From Macrostomum lignano (Eukaryota): 64,000 nt of DNA. Shown here in pieces: positions 40,138 to 51,100 of this stretch. Under the pieces are notes generated by a model. It saw nothing but the letters and a program-made list of their open reading frames with translations, ran no database searches and had not been told where the DNA came from. A program made the translations under genes and the position numbers. The stretch is taken from NCBI GenBank assembly GCA_002269645.1, contig NIVC01000553.1, forward strand, positions 27,373 to 91,372, read 5' to 3'. The number at the start of each line of letters is the position of its first letter. Positions within the stretch are counted from its first letter, which is position 1.

Positions 40138-41160
40138 CCCCAGGCTCTTCATCAGATATCCCAATAATCCTTCAGGCTCTTCATCAGATATCCCAAAAAT
40201 ACTCAGGCTCTTCATCAAATATCCCCATAATTCTCTAGGCTCTTCATCAGATATCCCAATAATCTTTCAGGCTCTTCATCAGATATTCCCATAATTCTCC
40301 AGGCTCTTCATCAGATATCCCAATAATCTTTCAGGCTCTTCATCAGATATTCCCATAATTCTCCAGGCTCTTCATCAGATATCCCAATAATCTTTCAGGC
40401 TCTTCATCAGATATCTTAATAATCTTTCAGGCTCTTCATCAGATATCCCAATAATCTTTCAGGCTCTTCATCAGATATCCCAATAATCTTTCAGGCTCTT
40501 CATCAGATATCTTAATAATCCTTCAGGCTCTTCATCAGATATCCCAAAAAACCTTCAGGCCCTTCATCAGATATCCCAAAAAACCTTCAGGCCCTTCATC
40601 AGATATCCCAAAAACCTTCAGGCTCTTCATCAGATATCCCAAAAAACCTTCAGGCCCTTCATCAGATATCCCAAAAAACCTTCAGGCCCTTCAACAGATA
40701 TCCAAAAAACCTTCAGGCCCTTCCATCAGATATCCCGAAAACCATCAGGCTCTTTATCAGATATTCCTACTATAATCCTCCAGGCTCTTCATCAGATATC
40801 CCAATAATCCTTCATCCATATCAGCAGATACCCCAAAAAACCTTCAGGCCCTTCATCAGATATCCCAAAAACCTTCAGGCTCTTCATCAGATATCCCAAA
40901 AAACCTTCAGGCCCTTCATCAGATATCCCAAAAACCTTCAGGCCCTTCATCAGATATCCAAAAAACCTTCAGGCCCTTCCATCAGATATCCCGAAAACCA
41001 TCAGGCTCTTTATCAGATATTCCTACTATAATCCTCCAGGCTCTTCATCAGATATCCCAATAATCCTTCATCCATATCAGCAGATACCCCAAAAAACCTT
41101 CAGGCCCTTCATCAGATACCCCAAAAAACCTTCAAGCTACTTCAGCAGATTTCCCTATAA
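40138..41160. repeat. About 32-bp minisatellite between TMEM179 and the LRR gene
   Basis: Unit CAGGCTCTTCATCAGATATCCCAATAATCTTT, with an internal block duplication. Confidence 0.95.
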
Positions 41161-41203
41161 ACTGAGACACGAAAAGCAGCATAAAAGGCTCAGAAATGAC
41201 CGC

Positions 41204-42682
41204 TCAGATATTAACATAGTCTGGATCGCGGTGCAGCCTATTGCGAAGCATGCGAGCCTCACGTCTCAAGCTGACAAGGAGCCGCTCGCGTCTGTGCAAC
41301 CGGAGCAGCTGTAATAGCATTAGCAGCAGGTCCAGGAACCAGACTAGGAAGCTGAACCATAAACCAATCTGCAGTATGAAGGGTGTACCAGTATTCCAGT
41401 GCTCATACATACACAGGGCATTCTATTGTTAAATACCTAGTGGTAGCCCAGAGGTTAGAGTGTCCGACTCACGACTGAAAGGTCGGGGGTTCGATTCTTG
41501 ACCCACTTGGAACAATTTGTGTCCTTGAGCGAGACACCTAATTCTCTGCAATGCTCCAGTTCACTCAGCTGTAAAATGGGTGCCAGCATTAGCTGGGGTA
41601 ATAGAGGGTGTGTGGCGACCCCCCAGTCCTTGGACTGAACAGCCGTACGCAGCCTTCAGATGCGCTGCGCCCATGCCCATTGGGACAGGTGTAATCAATT
41701 ATTATTATACTATTATGTGACCATCAGTCGCATATATACCCACGGAACTTCTCTCTCACCTTAGCAGCGCCAAAGGTGAACAGAAATCTACCGGAATTGA
41801 TGTCCGGATAATTGGATAGCACGTCACCAAACTGGGCCTGTTCACAGCCGTACCTGCCAGTCAGTGAGAAATGAATATTAATTTATGGTATATACAGATT
41901 TAGTTTTATGGGGTGTCAGGGGTGACAGTCATGGGGTGTCAGGGGTGACAGTTATGGGGTGTCAGGGGAAGCAGTTATGGGGTGTCAGGGGTGACAGTTA
42001 TGGGGTGTCAGGGGCAGCAGTTATTGGGTGTCACAGGCAGCAGTTATGGGGTGTCAGTTATTGGGTGTCAGGGGTGCCAGAGCACACACTATATCTTGGT
42101 GCTGTAAGACTGCTGATTAAGACAACAATTTGAATAGTAAATTAGCAATACTTACTCAAACACATCACTCATAAGCAGGCACCATTGGAACAGGCCGCCA
42201 GTAACAATAGCTGCTTCCATTGCCAATGAGATAGTAAAGAATGAGCTCACTTGTACGCCAAAGAATACCGTTAGAAATGACCTATTATTCAATGATGTGC
42301 ATTAATGAGTGCTTACGAGTATATAATATAAGAAGACTTTCGGAAGACTTGAATTATGCGACAATACTACTCACGCTTCTCGTTGCAAGTAGAGATGCAC
42401 GCCTATGAAAAATGCGTAGAACAGTGACACTAATAGCTGGGCGCAGCCAATAAACACGCCGAAAGTGCAATGAGACTGCAGGCCCCATTCGGTAACCACT
42501 AGAAAGTGATGATCATACGGACCGGTGGCGTTAGCGCTCCAATGCGCTCTAGAGAATAGCGGACAATGTCCATTGAAGTCGGCAACACTGATAGCCATTG
42601 GCACAATTATGCACAGTGAACTGACAATTAATGCGGATTGCAGGCCGGCTTTGCCAATTTGAAACAGGTCCCCAAGAGCCAT
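41204..42682 (-). CDS. TMEM179: Transmembrane protein 179 family (230 aa); exons 42682-42375, 42281-42156, 41853-41760, 41368-41204
   Basis: Phases 2,2,0 are consistent, total 693 nt. Motifs DFNGHCPLF, EWG..SHC, GLFQWC, CEQAQ and QIGLWFSFLVW fit the TMEM179 pattern; four hydrophobic segments. Confidence 0.88.
41440..41710 (+). mobile_element. SINE family A copy in TMEM179 intron 3
   Basis: GGTAGCCCAGAGGTTAGAG..GGTTCGATTC head, CORE-like domain, (ATT)n tail. Confidence 0.85.
41905..42080. repeat. 23-bp minisatellite, TMEM179 intron 2
   Basis: Unit GGGGTGTCAGGGGTGACAGTTAT. Confidence 0.9.
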
Positions 42683-42774
42683 GTTGCTTTGCGTTGCTTT
42701 ATGATAGCCAAATTAATAGTCTTTTCCAACTTCTAAATGCAATGGGCGAAATCTTCTTTAAGGACAACTAATAG

Positions 42775-44140
42775 GACGATTTTTAAGGACGTTCAAAGCA
42801 CGATTCTTGATAACGCTTGACGTACGATTCTTGGGGATGTTTAAAGTAGGATTCCTGAAAACTTTTAAAGCATGATTCCTAAGGACGCTTAAAGCATGAT
42901 TCCTAAGGACGCTTAAAGCATGATTCCTAAGGACGCTTAAAGCATGATTCCTAAGGACGTGTAAAGCATGATTCGTTATCGATAGGATGTTTAAATTACG
43001 ATTCCTAAGGACGAGTAAAGCATGATTCCTGAGGATGTTTAAAGCATGATTCCTAAGGACGTTTAAAGCATGATTCCTGAGGATGTTTAAAGCATGATTC
43101 CTAAGGACGTGTAAAGCATGATTCCTAAGGACGTGTAAAGCATGATTCCTGAGGATGTTTAAAGTACGACTCCTAAGGACGAGTAAAGCATGATTCCTGA
43201 GGATGTTTAAAGCATGATTCCTGAGGATGTTAAAAGCATGATTCCTAAGGACGAGTAAAGCATGATTCCTGAGGATGTTTAAAGCATGATTCCTAAGGAC
43301 GTTTAAAGCATGATTCCTGAGGATGTTTAAAGCATGATTCCTAAGGACGTGTAAAGCATGATTCCTAAGGACGTGTAAAGCATGATTCCTGAGGATGTTT
43401 AAAGTACGACTCCTAAGGACGAGTAAAGCATGATTCCTGAGGATGTTTAAAGCATGATTCCTGAGGATGTTAAAAGCATGATTCCTAAGGACGAGTAAAG
43501 CATGATTCCTGAGGATGTTTAAAGCATGATTCCTGAGGACGTTTAAAGCATGATTCCTGTGGATGTTTAAAGCATGATTCCTAAGGACGTTTAAAGCATG
43601 ATTCCTGAGGATGTTCAAAGCATGATTCCTGAGGATGTTCAAAGCATGATTCCTGAGGACGTTTAAAGCATGATTCCTAAGGACGTTTAAAGCATGATTC
43701 CTAAGGACGAGTAAAGCATGATTCCTGAGGACGTTTAAAGCATGATTCCTGAGGATGTTCAAAGCATGATTCCTGAGGATGTTCAAAGCATGATTCCTGA
43801 GGATGTTCAAAGCATGATTCCTAAGGACGTTTAAAGCATGATTCCTAAGGACGAGTAAAGCATGATTCCTAAGGACGTTTAAAGCATGATTCCTGAGGAT
43901 GTTCAAAGCATGATTCCTAAGGACGTGTGAAGCATGATTGCTGAGGATGTTTAAAGCATGATTCCTGAGGATTTTTAAAGCATGATTCTTTAGGACGTTC
44001 AAGCATGATTCCTAAGGACGTGTAAAGCATGATTCCTAAGGACGCTTAAAGCACGATTACTAAGTCCTGTGATTCTTGAGGACGTTTGAAGTTTGATTAT
44101 TAAGGCGTTTGTACGATTATTGAGGACGTTTGAAGTACGA
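42775..44140. repeat. 24-bp minisatellite between TBCC and TMEM179
   Basis: Unit AAAGCATGATTCCTRAGGAYGTTT. Its length is divisible by 3, which produces the spurious 414-aa ORF. Confidence 0.95.
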
Positions 44141-44670
44141 TTTTTAAACGCTCAATAAACTTTGAGGAATTTAAACATAAACGTTGAATTGCCTGTTGCC
44201 AGAATAAAATGAGCTTAAAACTCTTATTGACTACTGATGATAGGAAGCTTAGTAAGTAGTTTAGCTCTGGGCTGATTCGAAATTTTAATTAGGACAATAA
44301 AAACTAAAGATTCTTTAAGCCTTTAAATAGACAGGTATTCCAAAGAAAAATTGAAAAAAATGAAAAAAACATTCAAAAAGTTACAAAGCAAAAATTCAAC
44401 ATTTATTTATCTGCATAAATGTTAAGAAAACAAGCAAAACACACGGTTATGTTAGCATTTATAAGCACTGCTTGAAATGTTGCCGTACTACTATGAGTAA
44501 GTCTACTTTTTTTAAATGAGGCAATTTTGTGTATAAGTCTACAAGCATAAAGTGGCAACAGAAAGAAAAAATATATACTTCACTAATAGGGATTCCGTTA
44601 AAGGTGGAGCCTTCTTTCTGCGGTATGTCTTGTTTGACCTTTACTAAACAGTCTATTTATGATCGGGGTA

Positions 44671-45990
44671 TTATTCTTCCCAGTTAAGCCGGTCAGTCTC
44701 GGGCATAATTGACCAGTTAGGCGAGGCCACGTGACCAGCCAGGTGATTGAAATCCTGTACTTGATCCCACTGATTGCGATGCCAGTTGAGACCAGACAGA
44801 GTCACGTGATCTGACAGATTAGCGTAATTGAAATTGTACGGCGCGATCAGTACATCATTGCTGTACTCAATAATTGGAGTAGAAGTGACGTGCAAATACA
44901 GTTTACACCTGGTACTGCTGTGCAATCTAAGCTGATGGCAGGCAACAACCAGAGTGAAATCGGTGCATTTCTCAATTAGCACTGACCGATGCACTGGGCC
45001 GCACAGTATTGTGCAATTGGTAAGGCCGTTCAAATGCAATGTAGCAGGGTGGCTAAGGACTTTAATAGTGCAATCGGCCAGGTCGCTTAGTAAGATGTCC
45101 TTGTTAGCGACTGATTCGTCTGATAGAACAACTGCTTTGCCTGTCAGATTGTGCAAAGTTGGCTCAACTTTTGGTTGTTGTGTTTGTTGTTGCTGCTTCT
45201 GCGGCTGCTGCTGCGGCTGTTGCTGCTTTGGGTTGCGATTCGAAGATGCAGCCGAGCTGAATGCAAATTTCTTTTTTGGGACAACTCGCTCTCTGAAAGA
45301 AGACAGGTGTGTTAAATTAATCCTGAGCATATCCTGAATAATGCCACTCTGAATGAGGACAGGTGTGTCAATTAGTCCTGAGCATGTCCTGAATAATGCC
45401 ACTCTGAATGAGGACAGGTGTGTCAATTAGTCCTGAGCATGTCCTGAATAATGCCACTCTGAATGAGGACAGGTGTGTCAATTAGTCCTGAGCATGTCCT
45501 GAATAATGCCACTCTGAATGAGGACAGGTGTGTCAATTAGTCCTGAGCATATCCTGAATAATGCCACTCTGAATGAGGACAGGTGTGTCAACTAGTCTCA
45601 CCTCAAATCAGCCAATTTATTAGCCAACTCTTCAACCTTCGCCTTGGCAGACGCTGACACGTAAGCCGGTAAAAAGCCAACAGAATCCGAGTGGTACCGC
45701 TGCAGACAAGCGATTTTGTCGTTTATAGCCGCTAAATTGTTATTAATCTCAACCGTACTAACCGCAGCAGTTTTAACTGACTCCAGAGCTTCCATGTCTT
45801 CTACAATGGCCAATCTTTCCGCGTCAAAGGCCGCCTCAAACGCAGTGTACTGCTCAGCCTCGGACTTGCCCTCAGCCCTGCAAGCTCGAAGCTCTTCAAT
45901 ACGTCGACGAATTTCAGCTTCCCGAGCCGTCATCTTGGCCGTCATCTCGGCCAGACGAGAGTCCGTCGTTGAAGTCGATGGTGTCGACAT
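44671..45990 (-). CDS. TBCC: Tubulin-specific chaperone C (about 336 aa); exons 45990-45602 and 45292-44671
   Basis: N-terminal helical region, PKKKFAF, and C-CAP-like domain GPVHRSVLIEKC..VVACHQLRLH..YLHVTSTPIIE..APYN..NQWDQVQDFNHL..SPNW. Phase-2 junction. Confidence 0.92.
45293..45597. repeat. 55-bp tandem repeat making up essentially the whole TBCC intron
   Basis: GAATGAGGAC recurs at 45351, 45406, 45461, 45516 and 45571. Confidence 0.95.
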
Positions 45991-46094
45991 TATTTGTTGG
46001 GCATGAGAAGTGCAAAAAGTTCAATGTGTTTCATTGTGAAATCATTGTAGTACCTGATAGCTCTTATCTCACCCTTGTATGTATCTCTCTGATT

Positions 46095-46340
46095 TCACTG
46101 CTGTCTCTTACTATTCTCACCCCTGTCTCTTACTAATCTCACCCCTGTTTCTTACCAATCTCACTCCTGTCTCTCTTATTAATCTTACCCCAGTCTCTTA
46201 CTACTCTCACCCAGACTCTCAATAATCTCACCCCTGTCTCTCTCTAATCTCATCCCTGTCTCTCCCTAATCTCATCCCTGTCTTTCCCTAATCTCATCCC
46301 TGTCTCTCCCTAATCTCATCCCTGTCTCTCCCTAATCTCA
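46095..46340. repeat. Degenerate about 22-bp pyrimidine-rich repeat upstream of TBCC
   Basis: Unit AATCTCATCCCTGTCTCTCCCT. Confidence 0.8.
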
Positions 46341-47078
46341 CATTGCATCTTTGTACATTCAATTTTCTCTTTTGACCTCGACAACTTTCTATCTAAGTAT
46401 TCTCAACCATAAAACAAATGAAAAACAGAAAAATACTAAACAAATTCTACTTGAATTGAACATTATATTGGCATGGCTTAAGCAAATCAATTCATAACTT
46501 AAGCGATTGAATTTAGGAAAAGTTTACATCCTCATGGTTGCTTTAGAAGCAGCAGCAGCAGCAGCAGCAGAAGCAACGGTACAAAAGAAGATTTCAATTA
46601 AACGACGAGAAAAGTACTACCAACACGAACAACATCAAATGGCACAAAAGCACTTTGTACTACTTTTAGTACTGCTTTTCAAGACCATGTCTATGGGCCA
46701 AACCTGCATTTTTTACTAGTAATTCTACTGAAGGCTTAGCTCGAGAGAACCTAGGGGCAAAAAAAGTGGTCTTCAATTAAAAACTTATACTGGCATTATA
46801 TATACATGTACTATTAGTATTACAGAGACAATAATCACTAAGACACAATTTACAATGCACATCGGCCCCTTTGACTTTCTAAGCGTGTTCAGGAAAGCCA
46901 ATTTTCACGGATGCGGTGAGCCATAGAGTTTAAATCAGTCGGAAATTCGCGAGCCGTCTATGGCCCAACCCGTCTTAGTCATCTAGTTACCAAACAAGTT
47001 TAATTGTTTTGTCCTAATTAACACTATAAATTATAGATCAGTACAAAGGCTGCAGAAAAAACCACTTGAAGTAATTTA

Positions 47079-48028
47079 TCGCTTTTGACGCTCTAGATAA
47101 GACTTTAGACATTCAAAATAAGACTGCATAGGATCGCAAGCAAGGCCAGGCCAGCCACGGCCAGAGCATGCCCAGTCCATGGATGAATGAATAGAATGGA
47201 CCGCTACTCTGGCTCTGGCTATTCTCGTTCTTGACTCTTTTGCATCCGGTTCCCCCCCGTGCCTTTTCATTGGTTGATGATTGCCATAGACAATTTTCGG
47301 CCTTCGCCCCTTTCTTTCGATGCACAAGCGCTTTCGCTCGTGTTTTGAAATAAAGGGGGAAGACCTACGAGCGCTCGATATTCTCTGCAAGTAACTGACA
47401 TTCTCAGTTCTTTGCGCCTGTGCATCGAAAGAAAGGGGCGAAGGCCGAAAACTGTCTATGGCAATCATCAACCAATGAAAAGGCACGGGGGGGAACCGGA
47501 TGCAAAAGTCAAAAACGAAAATAGCCAGAGCCAGAACAGCAATCCATTCTATTCATTCATCCATGGCCCAGTCTTGGCTGCAGGGATGGCCCGGCCATAG
47601 ACTAAAAAATGGAATATCAAAATGAGAATAAGACGCTCAATATGAGACTGAGTGTGAAAGCCTTCAGATATCGCTCTAACCCTCTGACCCTCAGCCAGCT
47701 CTCCTTCTTCACCCCTTGGGTTGCATCTGACCCCTTGGATTTGACTGTGATGGCACCATCGATTCCTGCAGCAGACCGTCAGAAATTGCCTAATTTCTCC
47801 TTAGCTGTTTGTATGGTGACTGCCAAAAAGCAAATAAATTACGTTCACTCCCGGTCTCATATTGAGCGTCCTATTCTCATTTTGATATTCAATTTTTTTA
47901 GTCTATGGCCAAGCCATCCCTGCAGCCAAGACTGGGCTTGCTCTGGCCGTGGCTAGCCTGGCCTTGCTTGCGATCCTATGCAGTCCCATTCTGAATGTCC
48001 AAAGTCCCATCTAGAGCGTCAAAAGCGA
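47079..48028. mobile_element. Fold-back MITE with long TIRs and probable TA TSD
   Basis: Ends TA|TCGCTTTTGACGCTCTAGAT...ATCTAGAGCGTCAAAAGCGA|TA. The arms continue as 47574-47660 pairing with 47845-47930. Confidence 0.8.
47178..47565. mobile_element. Palindromic MITE nested in the fold-back element
   Basis: Ends CATGGATGAATG / CATTCATCCATG, arms about 155 bp, exact 8-bp TSD GCCCAGTC (47170-47177 and 47566-47573). Confidence 0.85.
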
Positions 48029-48055
48029 TACTGAGCACAAACTAATTTCAAATTA

Positions 48056-48118
48056 TTACGATGGACTGTTGGAGTTGTGCCTGCTGCCCGAGGGCTTCTC
48101 CGCAGAGTCTGCTGCAGC

Positions 48119-48155
<37 letters not shown>

Positions 48156-51100
48156 GGAACAACAGCAACAGAAGACAACAGACGCTTAACCGGCTCCGGC
48201 TTTGATTGGTTGGCCTCTTTAACAACGCTAGCTTCTTCTCCTTTTCCAGTGGCAAGCGCCACTTTCTCGCCGGCAGCTTCCGCTTCCTTCAGGGCCCGTT
48301 CGACATCCTCACGCAGCTGGCGATCTCGGTCGGCAATTTCGGCGTCAATCTGTCTGGCGCTAAGCTCGCGACGGCGCCTGGCGCGATCGCAGAATTGGCG
48401 CGGTCGATAATAGAGCCGATAGGGATGCGAGTCGGCCAGGGTTCGAATCGAGCCGCGCAGTTGCTCAGTTGAACGGCGCCAAGCGTTGTGCGTTTCGACT
48501 AGTTGCATCTGCACGGGGGTGGGGAAGCGATGCTTGAATTTGAGTCAATCACGCAGGCTAGAAATCTAGAATAAACGTGTAAGGGTACCTGAAGGTCAAG
48601 AAGTAACTATGGCTCAATTTGGTCGGAACCAAGGAGGAGCAAATTTAGGTTAAGAACCAACAAGAAATCAAGTGAGGTCAAGTAGCAACAAGGGGTCAAA
48701 TGAGGTAAAATACTGATAAGGATCATCTGATGTCAAAAACCCAGAGGTCAATTGAGGTCAAGAAACAACAAGAGGTCAATTGAGGTCAAGAAACAGCAAG
48801 AGGTCAACTGAAGGCAAGAAACAACAAGGGGTCAATTGAGGTCAAGAACCAAGGGGTCAACTGAGGTCAAGAACCAAGGGGTCAACTGAGGACAAGAACC
48901 AAATGAGGTTCCAATTCGAAGTCAACAAACCAGGAGAAAAGTCGAGCTAAAGAACTATTGCGGGGTCTGTTTAAGGTCAAGAGACAAAGCCGGGCCATTC
49001 AAGGTCAAGAACGCAAGTTCGGAAGATGAAAGATTCAATGCAGGTAGGAAACGCAAAAAATCGCACCTGAGTCTCCAAAGCCACAATCTCAGCTTGACGA
49101 CGCTTTTTCTCGCGAGCCAGCTCGGTTATATCGCGCTGCATCTGCTCCTGCTCCCGTTTGACGCTCTCCTCGATTCGCTGCTCCACCTCCCGCCTATGCT
49201 GGTAGCTCTCCTGACGTTCCCGATCCCGCTCTGCCGCGGTGAACTGTTTCAACGTGCCCAGCATAACGCCGAACATGCGTCGATTTCTAGCTTTGATTTC
49301 GCTATCCTCGGAGGCCGTCTGCTCTTTGATGGCGGCTCGGCGGGCGCGTTGAAATTCTTCTAGGGGAACTGTTGCTGTTGCTGCTGCTGCTGCTGCTGGG
49401 CGGCTCTGTTCAGTAGAAAAAGGTATTAATAGATAAGAGCTTGCAAATATACTTATTTATAATATAATAGGTAAGTACTTTTCCACTGCAGTACGCCTGG
49501 TTTGAAGCCGGCTCTCATACAGTAACTGATTTTGGCGCCATCTCTGATATAGTAGCTGATTTTGGCGCCATCTCTGATATAGTAGCTTATTTTGGCGCCA
49601 ACTCTAATACAGTAGCTGATTTTGGCGCCATCTCTGATGCAGTAGCTGATTTTGGCGCCAAATCTGATACAATAGTTGATTTTGGCGCCAAATGTGATAC
49701 AATAGTTGATTCTGGCGCCAAATGTGATACAATAGTTGATTTTGGCGCCAAATCTGATACAAAAGTTGATTTTGGCGCCAAATGTGATACAATAGTTGAT
49801 TTTGGCGCCAAATCTGATACAATAGTTGATTTTGGCGCTAAATCTGATACAATAGTTGATTTTGAGCGCTAAATCTGATACAATTGTTGATTTTGGCGCC
49901 AAATCTGATACAATAGTTGATGTTGGCGCCAGATCTGATACAATAGTTGATTTTGGCGCCAAATCTGATACAATAGTTTATGCTGGCGCCAGATCTGATA
50001 CAATAGTTGATGTTGGCGCCAAATCTGATACAATAGTTGATTTTAGCGCTAAATCTGATACAATAGTTGATTTTGGCACCAAATCTGATACAATAGTTGA
50101 TTTTGGCACCAAATCTGATACAATAGTTGATTTTGGCGCCAAATCTGATACAATAGTTGATTTTGGCGCCAAATCTGATACAATAGTTGATTTTGGCACC
50201 AAATCTGATACAATAGTTGATGCTGGCGCCAAATCTGATACAATAGTTGATGCTGGCGCTAAATCTGATACAACAGTTGATGTTGGCACCAAATCTGATA
50301 CAATAGTTGATTTTGGCGCCAAATCTGATACAATAGTTGATTTTGGCACCAAATCTGATACAATAGTTGATGCTGGCGCCAAATCTGATACAATAGTTGA
50401 TGCTGGCGCTAAATCTGATACAACAGTTGATGTTGGCGCCAGATCTGATACAATAGTTGATTTTGGCACCAAATCTGATACAATAGTTGATTTTGGCGCC
50501 AAATCTGATACAATAGTTGATTTTGGCACCAAATCTGATACAATAGTTGATGCTGGCGCCAAATCTGATACAATAGTTGATGCTGGCGCTAAATCTGATA
50601 CAACAGTTGATGTTGGCACCAAATCTGATACAATAGTTGATTTTGGCGCCAAATCTGATACAATAGTTGATTTTGGCACCAAATCTGATACAATAGTTGA
50701 TGCTGGCGCCAAATCTGATACAATAGTTGATGCTGGCGCTAAATCTGATACAACAGTTGATGTTGGCGCCAGATCTGATACAATAGTTGATTTTGGCACC
50801 AAATCTGATACAATAGTTGATTTTAGCGCTAAATCTGATACAATAGTTGATGTTGGCGCCAGATCTGATACAATAGTTGATGTTGGCGCCAGATCTGATA
50901 CAATAGTTGATTTTGGCGCCAAATCTGATACAATAGTTGATTTTGGCACCAAATCTGATACAATAGTTTATGTTGGCGCCAGATCTGATACAATAGTTGA
51001 TTTTGGCGCCAGATCTGATACAATAGTTGATTTTGGCACCAAATCTGATACAATAGTTGATGCTGGCGCCAAATCTGATACAATAGTTGATGCTGGCGCT

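Noticed and set aside
42758-44002. 414-aa LRNHALNV repeat ORF that looks superficially LRR-like
   Set aside because: It is a translation of a 24-bp minisatellite, starts at a non-ATG codon and has no unique domain.
46507-46719. GCA-repeat ORF (AAAAAAA) as a separate gene
   Set aside because: It is short, has no ATG start or domain, and is more likely UTR or intergenic sequence between Pinin and TBCC.
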